A stretch of DNA of 64,000 nt from Terriglobales bacterium (GCA_049515835.1 JBEKTR010000001.1:10070-74069), one strand, 5' to 3'; counted from the first letter of the stretch, positions 9,551-19,757 are shown. The notes: generated by a model from the sequence alone, not told the origin. Numbers and translations: made by a program.

Positions 9551-10912
9551 ATGCCACGGACGACCAGGCAACATCTCACTCTCTTTTTTCTACGCTTCGC
9601 TCTTGCCGCTTTGATAAGTTCGGCCACATACACGGTGGCGCAGGCCGGATCCCTCGATCCCACCTTTGGCAAGAACGGCGTCGTCGCCAGCCCGCTGCGA
9701 TTTCTTGCTGCCGCAGCCCTCCAGTCCGATGGCAAGATCGTGCTTGCCGGGCTTGGAGACGGGAATGCTCAGGTTTATGACACATTGGTTCGCCTGAACA
9801 CTGACGGCTCTCTCGACTACAGCTTTGGCACAGGCGGCATCGCTAATTTCTCGGTTCCCAGCGGCTCCGCCCCCGAGGGCTTTTTCGCGATGGTGATCCA
9901 ATCCGATGGCAAGATTGTGGCAGCGGCGGTCACTTCCACCGAGCAGGGCGGGTATGTCAATTTTGTGCAAGTCGCCCGGGTTGAAAGTAACGGCAGCCTT
10001 GATACTTCCTTCGGCAGCGGCGGTTTTACTACGACCACCGCAATTCTGTTTACTCCCTACAACGTGACTGGCCCGCAACATTTAGCGCTCGGGCTACAGA
10101 GCAATGGGGAGATCCTGGTCACGTCCAGCTACTACAATCTGATGGCGCGGTTTACCGGCAGCGGGCAATTGGATACAACCTTCGGTAGCGGAGGGCTCGT
10201 GAATCTGGCAAATCCAGGTCCGAGCGTCTCTTCTGCGCCGACACAAATTTCGGTGCAAGGGAACGGCAAGATTTTGGTCGCCTCGGGCGGCATTGCGCCC
10301 ATACCGCTGCTCCAGGCCGGAACCATCAGCCGCTACAACTCGAATGGTTCGCTGGACACGACCTTTGGATCGGCGGGAACGGTGGCGTCCGTGGCATCGG
10401 CCTCGGCACTTTTGCTGCAAAGTAATGGGAAAATTGTGGCCGCCGGATCGCTTACCAGTAAGGTCAATCTGCCTCCGGCGAGCAGCGATGTCGGATTTGG
10501 GGTGGCGCGCTACACCCCGAGCGGCCTCATGGATACGACCTTCGGCAGAGGCGGACTGACGGGTGCAGATTTCGGGAAAAACGCCCCGCTATCGGGCGCC
10601 TTCGCTGTCGCCGTCCAATCGAATGGCGATCTCGTGGCCGGAGGTGCGGCCGCGCAAGGCCCGCTCAATCTTAGCTTCGACTCGCTTTTTGCTCTGGCGC
10701 GGTTCACCGGTTCGGGCGCTTTGGACAAATCTTTTGGCTCGGGAGGATTGGTTACGACAACGCTGGTAAGCGGGAGCACGAACGTGTACTCGTACGTGAA
10801 CGGATTGCTCATCCAGAGTGATGGAAAAATCGTAGCCGCGGGCAATACGCTGGTCGGTCAAGGGTTCGAAGCGGGTACCGGCGGATACGTCGTCCGATAT
10901 CTGGCGCAATGA
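9551..10912 (+). CDS. secreted delta-60 repeat domain protein (TIGR02608-like)
   Basis: Signal peptide. Repeated motifs (D/N)GSLD(T/P)(T/S)FG.GG and QSDGKIVAAG recur about every 55-60 aa. Confidence 0.75.
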   Translation: MPRTTRQHLTLFFLRFALAALISSATYTVAQAGSLDPTFGKNGVVASPLRFLAAAALQSDGKIVLAGLGDGNAQVYDTLVRLNTDGSLDYSFGTGGIANFSVPSGSAPEGFFAMVIQSDGKIVAAAVTSTEQGGYVNFVQVARVESNGSLDTSFGSGGFTTTTAILFTPYNVTGPQHLALGLQSNGEILVTSSYYNLMARFTGSGQLDTTFGSGGLVNLANPGPSVSSAPTQISVQGNGKILVASGGIAPIPLLQAGTISRYNSNGSLDTTFGSAGTVASVASASALLLQSNGKIVAAGSLTSKVNLPPASSDVGFGVARYTPSGLMDTTFGRGGLTGADFGKNAPLSGAFAVAVQSNGDLVAGGAAAQGPLNLSFDSLFALARFTGSGALDKSFGSGGLVTTTLVSGSTNVYSYVNGLLIQSDGKIVAAGNTLVGQGFEAGTGGYVVRYLAQ

Positions 10913-11050
10913 AGTGTTCCCGGTATTCCCGACGATTAAACGATTATCCGCTGGAAAATCGCCCGTTCTCTCTTTGACCTAATGGCGAGGTGCACCTGCC
11001 TCCACCAACTAGCACACTCGTCTTCGAGAACTAGTCGGAGCTAAAGAGAA

Positions 11051-12481
11051 CTAAGGAATCACGCGGAATGGCACATTGCTCGTCAGCTTGCCGCTTGGCG
11101 TCGTGACTGTCACATAACCCGAAGTGCCGCCGTGCGGAACCGTTGCCCTAATCAGCGTGTCGGAGACGATCGTGAAACTCGCGGCCGTTCCGTTCAGAGA
11201 GACGCTAGTGGTTCCGGTAAATCCTTGGCCGAGAATATCTCCCGTTTGGCCAATCTTGCCCGCGGCACGCACGAAAGTCACGAATGGACCCAAGCCCATG
11301 CCGAGGCTGAAGATTGTGCCGCAACCCGCTATGCAGTCGTCATAGTTGTATCCGCCCTGATAGCTGGGGCCATAGAGGGTACCATTGGTGTGTTGAACCA
11401 ATCCCGCGATTGGGAAAATCCCATCGGCGCACGCACTGAGCGAGCAAAAGCTGTGGAGCACGGTCAACGCGCCACTTGCAGTGATCTCGTACAGAGTACC
11501 TTCGCTGTTCGCCCCGCCGCCTGACGCTGTTCCGTAGAAGTTGCCATCAGTCGCCTGAACCAATCCGGAATGGATGTTGTCGCCGTCCGTAAGGTCAAAG
11601 CTGTGTAGAGTGGTCAGGGCGCCGCTTGGCGAACTTTTGAAAACCGTGCCACAACCACCTTGTAGCGCACAATTTGCGCCGCCGAAATAAGTTGTCCCAT
11701 AAAAATTGCCGTCAATGGCCTGAATTAATCCGGCCCAGGGTCCGGCCCCATCCGCGCCATTAAACTCATGCAATATCGTCAGAGTCCCGGCTGATGTAAT
11801 TTTGAAGATCGTGCCTCGACCATTGACCCCGCCTTGAGAAGTTGTCCCGTAGAAGTCTCCGTCCCATCCCTGGATAAGTCCGCTGTAGGGAGTCTCGCCG
11901 TCCACGGGATAGCCAGCGAAGCTGTGCAGCGTGGTTAGATCACCGTGAGGAGTTACTTTGAACACCGTGCCGTACCCGTAGGCGCCGCCACTCACCGTCG
12001 TTCCGTAAAAATTGCCATCGGTACCTTCTACTAAACCCGCCCATGGACCTTGCCCATCCGCACAATTCGTTTGGGAACAAAAGCTGTAGAGCGTCATTAG
12101 CGTGCCGCTCGGAGTAATTTTGAACACCGTTCCATCCAGTATGCTTGCCCCGCCTGTGGACGTAGTCCCATAAAAATTACCATCGGTCGCGAGAGCCAAC
12201 CCCCCGATGGGCGCATCGCCCGTCAGGCACTGGGATACGCTGCAGAACTGATACAAGGTTGTCACAGTGCCACCCAATGCCATTTTGAAGACGGTGCCCC
12301 CACTCCCAAGGCCCGCGCCTGATGTCCCGTAAAGGAGGCCATCGGAGCCTTGGATTAACGCGTTCGGCTCCGCGCCGTCCGTGTCCATAAAGGCATGTAC
12401 AGTGGTGAAAGTCTGTGCGTGCAATGAGAGCACTAGAGATAGGAATCCCGACCACACGCAATTAATGCGAAGGATCTTCAT
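11051..12481 (-). CDS. secreted GloVer-type tandem-repeat protein with C-terminal IPT/TIG-like domain
   Basis: Signal peptide, seven (F/L)YGTT..GG repeats and FCS..C.DG motifs. The C-terminus is GQGFTGTTSVSLNGTAASFTIVSDTLIRATVPHGGTSGYVTVTTPSGKLTSNVPFRVIP. Confidence 0.8.
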   Translation of the reverse strand: MKILRINCVWSGFLSLVLSLHAQTFTTVHAFMDTDGAEPNALIQGSDGLLYGTSGAGLGSGGTVFKMALGGTVTTLYQFCSVSQCLTGDAPIGGLALATDGNFYGTTSTGGASILDGTVFKITPSGTLMTLYSFCSQTNCADGQGPWAGLVEGTDGNFYGTTVSGGAYGYGTVFKVTPHGDLTTLHSFAGYPVDGETPYSGLIQGWDGDFYGTTSQGGVNGRGTIFKITSAGTLTILHEFNGADGAGPWAGLIQAIDGNFYGTTYFGGANCALQGGCGTVFKSSPSGALTTLHSFDLTDGDNIHSGLVQATDGNFYGTASGGGANSEGTLYEITASGALTVLHSFCSLSACADGIFPIAGLVQHTNGTLYGPSYQGGYNYDDCIAGCGTIFSLGMGLGPFVTFVRAAGKIGQTGDILGQGFTGTTSVSLNGTAASFTIVSDTLIRATVPHGGTSGYVTVTTPSGKLTSNVPFRVIP

Positions 12482-12596
12482 AAGATTTACTCCTCAGATA
12501 TTACTGGGGCATGCACTTCTAGAGAAGGGTAGTCCAAATACAGATTCTCAATCGAGTATTTAGGCAGGTACGAGGCGACATAGGCTACGAAGCGCC

Positions 12597-13754
12597 TTAC
12601 TTCAGACCGACACCGTAAAAATAGTCATAGGTGCCGGTTGTTGCCCAGGGCAGGTTTGCGGTGAATGAGCTAAACAGCATGGCTCGCCCCTGAAAGCTAA
12701 CGAAGAAATCCTGCTGGGCATTCGCTGTCGCCACCCGAAATGTGAAGAAGCCATAGCATGGGTCCTGTAATTCCCCTGCGCTTCCATAAAGATAAGAAGT
12801 GTCAGCTACTGCCTTGAGCATCCCGTGCGCCAGTTGGTCGCCTTGGCGATCCATCATCGTGACTTGCCCGTTGCTTGCCACGGTGAGCGTCGCGTTGCCC
12901 AGGCTCGGAGTACCAGTCTCTACATTTCCCGCTCCAGTGCTTGCGTTTTCTTTCTGGTAATAAATGGCCTTGTAAGTTCCTGCCACGCTCGGGTCGAAGG
13001 CCTTGCTGGCAGCTTTTTTCAAACCTAAAATCGCGCCGTTCTGCGTGTCCACGGCGAAGACTCCGTTGGCTGTGCCAAATGCATAGTCGTATCCGCTGCC
13101 ATCGGGATCCGGAACTTTGAGAAATGTCCCCGAAGAATCTTCCTGAGCTTTGCTCAAATCAACCGTGCCGGTATTGAACGGACCGCTGCCTTGATTATTT
13201 TGATTTCCTTGGTTACCCGAATACGATCCGTAGGGCCAGAATGAAGATATTGCTCCTGCGCCCTGCGCATTCACGCTGATGGAGCCTGCTTCCAGTCCAC
13301 CAGCGGCGGTGCGGAATTGCATCGTGTTGTAGGCTTGTCCCTCAAATGTGGCCAGCGAAATGGGCCCGCTTTCGACGGCCGTGACCAGCGACGGCGCATC
13401 GGCGTTGGGGCCAGTCTTCGTCGCCTGAATAAGCAGCATGTAATTCGGGACTTCGTATGCGCCTTGCAGGTTCCCGCTGGGGTCGTTCACGGTGTAAGTG
13501 CCATCGGCATTCACAGTGTAAGTTGCTGTGCCACTGGTGTTATTCGATATGTCGTTGTAGGTGATCGTCTGCACATCGGAATCCACTCGAATGCTAAGAA
13601 AATCGCCCACCGACGCTGTGCCATGGTACTGGCGGGATGCGGTTACCGCCGGCGCCGCAGCCGGCGGCGCGGAACTGCAGCCACTTAGGAAGAAAACTGT
13701 GATGAAAAGTTTCAGCCGGATTGCCAACAACAGCGGAGCGGTGCGGATGCGCAT
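12597..13754 (-). CDS. hypothetical lipoprotein
   Basis: Signal peptide with the lipobox FFLSGC. I do not recognise the family. Confidence 0.6.
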   Translation of the reverse strand: MRIRTAPLLLAIRLKLFITVFFLSGCSSAPPAAAPAVTASRQYHGTASVGDFLSIRVDSDVQTITYNDISNNTSGTATYTVNADGTYTVNDPSGNLQGAYEVPNYMLLIQATKTGPNADAPSLVTAVESGPISLATFEGQAYNTMQFRTAAGGLEAGSISVNAQGAGAISSFWPYGSYSGNQGNQNNQGSGPFNTGTVDLSKAQEDSSGTFLKVPDPDGSGYDYAFGTANGVFAVDTQNGAILGLKKAASKAFDPSVAGTYKAIYYQKENASTGAGNVETGTPSLGNATLTVASNGQVTMMDRQGDQLAHGMLKAVADTSYLYGSAGELQDPCYGFFTFRVATANAQQDFFVSFQGRAMLFSSFTANLPWATTGTYDYFYGVGLK

Positions 13755-13954
13755 TAGAAAGCTCCCATGTCCGCGTCAGAAAACGCGTCAAGGATGCAAA
13801 TCGGCAAAGAGCATTTAGCGCATTAGTGCGCCAAGCTGGCCCAGTTCTAGGGCTCGGCGATTAAGGGCTAGACTTGCAATTCGGTGCTCGCGTAGATATG
13901 CTTGCCCGGTTGATTCGTTAGTCCCGCAAGACGATTTTCTCCTGAGGTTCTGTT

Positions 13955-15211
13955 ATGAAGGGCATCCCTTGTTGCACTCGCTTTGTCGTCCCAATGCTTG
14001 GCACTCTTTTGTTTGCTTGCGCCGCCTTCGGCGCAACTAACGAGGCCGTTCTCTACAGTTTTCAGGGCGGCGCGGATGGCTTTAACCCAGAGTCCGGCTT
14101 GGTCGCCGATGCATCAGGCAATCTCTACGGGTCAACCAATGGCCAGAACGGCTCAAATCGCGGAACGGTTTTCGAATTGGCAGCTCCCTCGCAGGTTGAC
14201 GGTAAATGGACTGAAACCGTTCTCTATGACTTCGGCGGCATCAACGACGGAAGCCAACCAATCGGGAACTTGATATTCGATGCCAACGGAAATCTCTACG
14301 GAGTAACGCAATCGGGCGGTACACAGAATTCCGGGACTGTCTATGAATTGAGTCCGCCCTCTCAACCCGGTGGCCTGTGGACGGAAACAGTGCTCTACAA
14401 TTTTCTTGGAAAATCCGACGGCGCTGGGCCTTCGGCTGGCTTGGTATTCGATGCCCTCGGCAACCTTTATGGCACCACATTCGGGGGAGGAACCTCCTCT
14501 TGCGACTGTGGCACGGTTTATGAATTGAGCCCGCCGCAGCAGTCCGGCAACTCCTGGACCAAAATCACGCTTCACACATTCAGCGGCTCGCTGCCTCGCG
14601 GAACTGACGGCGCGCAGCCGAACTCTTCGTTGATCATCGATTCGCGAGGAGACCTCTTCGGCACAACCGAATCCGGCGGAAGCGCGGCCAACATCGGCAC
14701 CTTCTTCGTGCTTCGCCAATCCGATGGCGCTTGGCACGAAAACGTGCTCTATGCGTTTTCAAGTGCGTTTGGTGGAAACCCGAACGGCGGCCTAGTCGTT
14801 TATCACGGAAACTTTTACGGCACCGACAGCAATTATGGCGGCCACCAATTCGGAACCATTTTCGAAATCTCGCCCCCCTCGGGCGGAAGAAATTGGAGCG
14901 TAACCGCTCTCTACTCGTTTGCCGGCGGCAACGACGCCGATCCCTTTGGCCCGATGGCAGTCGATTCTGCGGGAAATTTATATGGAACCGCTCTTGGAGA
15001 TCGCCAACATCAGGATTATGGTTCTGTCTTCAAGTTGTCCCCTGGGCCGGGAGGCTCATGGACCGAAACGACTGTCTATAACTTCAAAGGCGATCCCGAT
15101 GGCCAATATCCCTATAGCGGCTTGATTTTCGGAAAAGCCGGAGCACTCTATGGAACAACACAATACGGTGGCGCTTCAAACTACGGTGCAGTATTTGGCA
15201 TATTGCCTTAG
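13955..15211 (+). CDS. secreted GloVer-type tandem-repeat protein
   Basis: Signal peptide (LLFACAAFGATNEA), seven repeats, and the ending GAVFGILP. Confidence 0.8.
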   Translation: MKGIPCCTRFVVPMLGTLLFACAAFGATNEAVLYSFQGGADGFNPESGLVADASGNLYGSTNGQNGSNRGTVFELAAPSQVDGKWTETVLYDFGGINDGSQPIGNLIFDANGNLYGVTQSGGTQNSGTVYELSPPSQPGGLWTETVLYNFLGKSDGAGPSAGLVFDALGNLYGTTFGGGTSSCDCGTVYELSPPQQSGNSWTKITLHTFSGSLPRGTDGAQPNSSLIIDSRGDLFGTTESGGSAANIGTFFVLRQSDGAWHENVLYAFSSAFGGNPNGGLVVYHGNFYGTDSNYGGHQFGTIFEISPPSGGRNWSVTALYSFAGGNDADPFGPMAVDSAGNLYGTALGDRQHQDYGSVFKLSPGPGGSWTETTVYNFKGDPDGQYPYSGLIFGKAGALYGTTQYGGASNYGAVFGILP

Positions 15212-15342
15212 GAGCCGCGGCTTACCAGCGCAGCCCTGGCTCGCTGTTCAGTCGTCATGCTCGAGGCTGCAATTTTGGCCCGCAGGCGAAATCCCGGGCG
15301 AAGTCGAGGTGCCTCGGTCTTAGACACTTAAGAGTTGATGTC

Positions 15343-15428
15343 TGGTGCCGGGAACAGGACTTGAACCTGCACGCCTTTAGGGCACTGGATCCTAAGTCCA
15401 GCGCGTCTGCCAATTCCGCCATCCCGGC
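15343..15428 (-). tRNA. tRNA-Leu (anticodon TAG), type II with long variable arm, CCA encoded
   Basis: Hand fold: acceptor GCCGGGA/TCCCGGC, anticodon arm CTGGA-CTTAGGA-TCCAG, variable stem GCC/GGC, T arm GCAGG-TTCAAGT-CCTGT. Confidence 0.9.
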
Positions 15429-15640
15429 CTTCATCAATCATATCGCAGGAGCTTATTGCCCCGGCACGATCGGCGGACGAATCACCTAGCTCTCCCGAAT
15501 CCCACGCCCATCGGCGATTTCGGCGCCCGTACATGCCCAACCCTAGGGTCAATAGTCTCTATCGCGCCGCGTCGCGATTGCGATATTATCGCTCGGTGTT
15601 TCGCAGCCCGGCTTTTATGCCGCTGCCTTCGGCCATCACT

Positions 15641-17128
15641 ATGCGTAAATCCATCTCTTCAATACTTTCCCGGACGAGCCAAATTTGCTTCGCCCTCGCA
15701 GTCGTGTTCGCAGTCATGCCCACGGCCTCTGCCCAGACTTTCACCTCTCTGGTCAACTTCGACAAGACGCACGGCGAAGAGCCCATCGCCGCCGTCCAGC
15801 AAAGCACGGACGGCAACTTCTACGGCGTGACCGTCGCCGGCGGTACGTACAATTCTGACTGCGCGGGAACTTGCGGCACTGCGTTTCAAATGACTCCTGC
15901 TGGTACTCTGACCACTCTTTACGATTTCTGCCAGCAGGCCGATTGCGCCGATGGCTTTGAGCCTCTGGCCGGTCTCATGCTCGCCTCCGATGGCAACTTG
16001 TACGGAACCACCGCCCAAGGCGGACTTGCCGTCAGCAATGCGGGCACGATCTTTCGGATTGCACCCAACGGTTCCCTCTCGCCCAATTTCTATAACTTAG
16101 CCGCTCCCAGTCTTCCTTCGACCACCCTCGTTCCTTATATCGACGGCAATCTCTATGGAACAACCCTTCTCGGCGGAGCCGACGGTCTTGGCAGCACGTT
16201 TAAGATCTCCACGTCCGGAGCATTCCATAATCTTTCCAGTTTCGATGAAGTAAACGGCGAATCTCCCAGCAGCCTCGTTCTCGCCCGCGACGGCAATTTC
16301 TACGGCACCACCACCGCCGGAGGCTTCGGCAACGGATGCAACCGCACCGGTTGCGGTACCTTCTTTCGCCTTACGCCCACCGGCGCAATCACCGTTTTGT
16401 ACAACTTCTGCTCCGGCAAATGCCGCGACGGATCGGCGCCCACGAGCCTCATCCAGGCAAGCAATGGCTATCTTTACGGTGTGACCACGGGAGGCGGTCA
16501 TTCACTCGCCGACGGAACGCTGTTCCAGCTTTCTCTCGACGGCGGCCTCACCACCCTTTACCGTTTCTGCTCGCAGAGCAATTGCACGGACGGCTTGGCG
16601 CCGCAATCGCTGATCGAAGGCAGCGACGGCAATCTCTACGGCGCGACCGCCGGCGGCGGTGACCTCAACTGCAATCCCGGCCCCGGCGCGGGCTGCGGCA
16701 CAATTTTCGAACTCGCGCACACGGGAGCGTTCAGCACGCTGCATACATTCGAGTCCGCGGATGGTTCCTATCCCTACGGCCTGAGTCAGGGAACCAACGG
16801 AAAGTTCTACGGCGTCACCAGCAACGGAGGCTCCAACTCTGCTTGTGACCTCGGTTGCGGCACCATCTACAGCTTTGACGCCGGACTCGCGCCGTTCACC
16901 AGCTTCGTCTTCCCCGCCGGCAAACCCGGACAAACCATCGGCCTTCTGGGCCAAGGCTTCACCGGGACATCCGCCGTTTCCTTCAATGGAACGCCTGCCA
17001 ATTTCACCGTCGTCTCTGACACGTTCCTTCAAGCCACAGTTCCAGCAGGCGTAAAATCTGGATACGTCTCGGTCACCACTCCCGGCGGCACATTGCGAAG
17101 CAACGTCGCATTTGTGGTCATCCCATAA
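15641..17128 (+). CDS. secreted GloVer-type tandem-repeat protein with C-terminal IPT/TIG-like domain
   Basis: The internal ATG gives the signal peptide MRKSISSILSRTSQICFALAVVFAVMPTASAQ. Seven repeats. The C-terminal domain is paralogous to that of 11051-12481. Confidence 0.8.
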   Translation: MRKSISSILSRTSQICFALAVVFAVMPTASAQTFTSLVNFDKTHGEEPIAAVQQSTDGNFYGVTVAGGTYNSDCAGTCGTAFQMTPAGTLTTLYDFCQQADCADGFEPLAGLMLASDGNLYGTTAQGGLAVSNAGTIFRIAPNGSLSPNFYNLAAPSLPSTTLVPYIDGNLYGTTLLGGADGLGSTFKISTSGAFHNLSSFDEVNGESPSSLVLARDGNFYGTTTAGGFGNGCNRTGCGTFFRLTPTGAITVLYNFCSGKCRDGSAPTSLIQASNGYLYGVTTGGGHSLADGTLFQLSLDGGLTTLYRFCSQSNCTDGLAPQSLIEGSDGNLYGATAGGGDLNCNPGPGAGCGTIFELAHTGAFSTLHTFESADGSYPYGLSQGTNGKFYGVTSNGGSNSACDLGCGTIYSFDAGLAPFTSFVFPAGKPGQTIGLLGQGFTGTSAVSFNGTPANFTVVSDTFLQATVPAGVKSGYVSVTTPGGTLRSNVAFVVIP

Positions 17129-17246
17129 GACCGAGGACAAAAGAGACACCCCCTCGTGATCCTTCGTGTCCTTGGTGGTAAATCTCGTGGCATCTTTCCG
17201 GGTCGCCGCATCTATGAGAGAACTTGAAAGTTGCTAAACTACTTTC

Positions 17247-17543
17247 ATGTCCATGCCAACCCAACCCAACGTCAAGCTCGTAAACCGTTCTGATTACCGC
17301 GAAACCTATGCCAACAGCGTGCAGGTCCGCGTGAATGTCTGGGATTTTTTTCTCAACTTCGGCACCATGCAACCCACCAGCGAGACGCAAGTGGAAATCC
17401 ACAATTTTCAGGGCATTTACCTCAGCCCGCAGCAGGCTAAAGCCCTGTCCGCCGTCTTGAATCAGAACGTCTCCAACTACGAAAGCGCCTTCGGCGAAAT
17501 CAAGCTTGACCCGCGCATGACGCCCTCCGGCCCGGTACACTAA
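17247..17543 (+). CDS. DUF3467 domain protein
   Basis: YANSVQVRVNVWDFFLNFG is the signature core of DUF3467. The protein is about 98 aa. Confidence 0.65.
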   Translation: MSMPTQPNVKLVNRSDYRETYANSVQVRVNVWDFFLNFGTMQPTSETQVEIHNFQGIYLSPQQAKALSAVLNQNVSNYESAFGEIKLDPRMTPSGPVH

Positions 17544-17549
17544 CCGGCA

Positions 17550-19286
17550 GTGACGCAGCCTCATCCCGAATCTACCGCCGCTACCTCTCTGCGCGTTTTT
17601 ACTTTTGCATTCTTGGCGCTGCTGGCTTTGCACTTCCCGCTCTTGCGCCTTCCCTACTTTTGGGACGAAGCCGGCTACTACGTTCCCGCCGCGCGTGATC
17701 TCCTTCTCACCGGATCGTTCATTCCCTACACCACACCTTCGAATGCGCACCCACCGCTGGTGATGGCCTGGCTCGCGCTGTGGTGGAAAATCTTCGGTTA
17801 CGCGCCCGTCGTCACCCGCACTGCGATGCTTGGCATTTCGGCTTTCGCCCTCACGGGATTGTTTCGCCTAGCTCGCCGCATCGCGAACATCCACGTTGCC
17901 ATCGCGTCGGTCATTTGCACCGCGCTCTATCCCGTATTTTTCGCGCAGAGTTCCATGGCCCACGTGGATATGGCCGCGGCTGCATTCACCTTCTGGGCCT
18001 TGGACTCTTGTTTCGCCGAGCGTCTCGTCGCGACAGCAATCTGGTTTTCGCTGGCCGTGCTTTCGAAGGAAACCGCCATTCTCGCGCCCGCAGCGCTGTT
18101 CGTCTGGGAACTTGTCCGGCCATTTATCCCGGCTCCTTACGGTGCCGTTCCGAGCGCCAAGACTCTTGTCATTCCGAGCGAAGCCATTCCGAGCGAAGCC
18201 ATCCCCGCGGCTCACCAACATATTGTCATTCCGAGCGAAGCGGGATTGCCCGCACGCGGGCAATCCCGCGCAGTCGAGGAACCCGCTTTTTCATACACAA
18301 GATCGCTCGCGCTACTGGCTCCTGCTCTTCCACTCGCTCTCTGGTACGTCTATCACTACGCGCACACTGGATTCATCTTCGGCAATCCCGAATTCTTCCG
18401 CTACAACGTCGCTGCCACCACCAACCCGCTCCGCATTTTTCTCGCCCTGCTCATGCGTCTCTACCAAACTCTGGGATACATGAATCTTTTCATCCTCACG
18501 CTACTCACCGCCTACGCGATGAGACTTCCCGCGCTCAAAGATGGGGATAACCCGCGCCCCCGCATCGCCATTCCTCGCCAACTCGCATTGCTTGCATTAA
18601 TCGCCGCTTACGTGCTCGCGCTCTCCGTCATCGGTGGCGCGGTGCTGGCGCGTTACATGCTTCCCGTCGTTCCTCTTGTCATCATCATTTGTGTTTCCAC
18701 GTTGCGGCGAAGATTATCTTGGTGGCGTACCGCTACCGCGGTCGTGGCCTTTGCCTTCATTGCCGGATGGTTCATCAATCCTCCGCATGGCTTCTCGCCG
18801 GAGGACAATCTCGCGTACAGCGACTTCGTCCGCTTGCATCAACACGCTGCCGAATATCTCGAAGCCCATTACCCGCGTGCGCGCATTTTGACCGCGTGGC
18901 CCGCGAACGACGAACTGACGCAGCCTTTTCTCGGCTACGTATCACAACCAATGACAGTCTTGCGTATTGAAGATTTCACTGCGGAAGAGCTGCTCGCCGC
19001 CCGCGCTCAAGCGTCGCAGGGTCAAGCGCAGCAGGACCAAACAAAGCTGTTTGATGTCGCTTTCGTCTTTTCGACGAAATACGATCCCCCGCACAGTTGG
19101 TTTGAACGTTGGGTGACCTGGCAACGCTGGAAGATGAGATTCTTCGGATATCATCGCGACGTCCCTCCTGAGGCGGCAGCTCAAATCCTTGGTGGACGCC
19201 TGGTTTACGTCGAACGCCAGCCCGGAGAATGGGCCGGCGTTATCGAGATAGAACAGCCTGATTCAATCCAAGAAGCGAAACGTTAA
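17550..19286 (+). CDS. membrane glycosyltransferase, GT39/ArnT-PMT-like
   Basis: Many TM segments. The N-terminal loop LRLPYFWDEAGYYVPAARDL is typical of the GT-C mannosyl/arabinosyl transferase family. GTG start. Confidence 0.6.
   Translation: MTQPHPESTAATSLRVFTFAFLALLALHFPLLRLPYFWDEAGYYVPAARDLLLTGSFIPYTTPSNAHPPLVMAWLALWWKIFGYAPVVTRTAMLGISAFALTGLFRLARRIANIHVAIASVICTALYPVFFAQSSMAHVDMAAAAFTFWALDSCFAERLVATAIWFSLAVLSKETAILAPAALFVWELVRPFIPAPYGAVPSAKTLVIPSEAIPSEAIPAAHQHIVIPSEAGLPARGQSRAVEEPAFSYTRSLALLAPALPLALWYVYHYAHTGFIFGNPEFFRYNVAATTNPLRIFLALLMRLYQTLGYMNLFILTLLTAYAMRLPALKDGDNPRPRIAIPRQLALLALIAAYVLALSVIGGAVLARYMLPVVPLVIIICVSTLRRRLSWWRTATAVVAFAFIAGWFINPPHGFSPEDNLAYSDFVRLHQHAAEYLEAHYPRARILTAWPANDELTQPFLGYVSQPMTVLRIEDFTAEELLAARAQASQGQAQQDQTKLFDVAFVFSTKYDPPHSWFERWVTWQRWKMRFFGYHRDVPPEAAAQILGGRLVYVERQPGEWAGVIEIEQPDSIQEAKR
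18146..18269 (+). repeat. short interspersed repeat inserted in-frame in the GT39-like CDS
   Basis: Three copies of (gt)cattccgagcgaagc at 18168, 18185 and 18225, plus one degenerate copy at 18147. A perfect 14-bp inverted repeat gcgggattgcccgc/gcgggcaatcccgc lies at 18240-18269. Confidence 0.75.
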
Positions 19287-19298
19287 CACGCAAACAAA

Positions 19299-19757
19299 TT
19301 ACTGTGGCGACGTGCCTGACGGCGGAACCGTGCTCGGCGGCGTCGTCCCTCCCGGATTCGACGAATCCGGCGGCATCTGGCCCGGCTGATTCGGGTTCGG
19401 CAGGCCGTTATTCGGATTCGACTGTCCTGGGTTCGATTGATCTGGATTCGATCCGGAATTAGTTCCTGGAACGGTGGATCCCTGCGGCACAGTTCCCGAC
19501 TGCGGCATAGGCTCACCCGGTTTGGGTGCGGCTGTGCCCGGAGTCGGAGTGGCTGTTCCCGGTGCTGGAGCGACAGTACCCGGTGCAGGGCTCACCGTTC
19601 CCGGACTGGTTTGGCCAGATGACGATCGCGCGCCGCCTGCGGCGGATGCGCCCGCCGATCCAGACTGGCCAAGAGCGTAAGAAAGACTGCAAGAAATCGA
19701 AAATACCGAGATTGCTGTGAGCAAAAATGCGTTTCGAACCGAAAATTGAATTCTCAT
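19299..19757 (-). CDS. secreted Pro/Gly/Ser/Thr-rich low-complexity protein (hypothetical)
   Basis: Signal peptide, then PG(T/A)xxP-type low complexity. Convergent with the GT39-like gene, 12 nt away. Confidence 0.45.
   Translation of the reverse strand: MRIQFSVRNAFLLTAISVFSISCSLSYALGQSGSAGASAAGGARSSSGQTSPGTVSPAPGTVAPAPGTATPTPGTAAPKPGEPMPQSGTVPQGSTVPGTNSGSNPDQSNPGQSNPNNGLPNPNQPGQMPPDSSNPGGTTPPSTVPPSGTSPQ

Noticed and set aside
15255-15437. 60-aa ORF (MMKAGMAELADALDLGSS...). Similarly, the 150-aa ORF at 55272-55724 (MEAPGGVEPPTNGLGNRCSIQLSYGA...)
   Set aside because: Both are translations of tRNA genes (tRNA-Leu and tRNA-Arg) and their flanks. These peptide strings are the classic signature of a tRNA read as protein.
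17780-18550. 256-aa and 195-aa alternative-frame ORFs inside the GT39-like gene
   Set aside because: They are Arg/Ser/Pro-rich off-frame products. The annotated frame alone gives coherent TM helices and the family loop motif.
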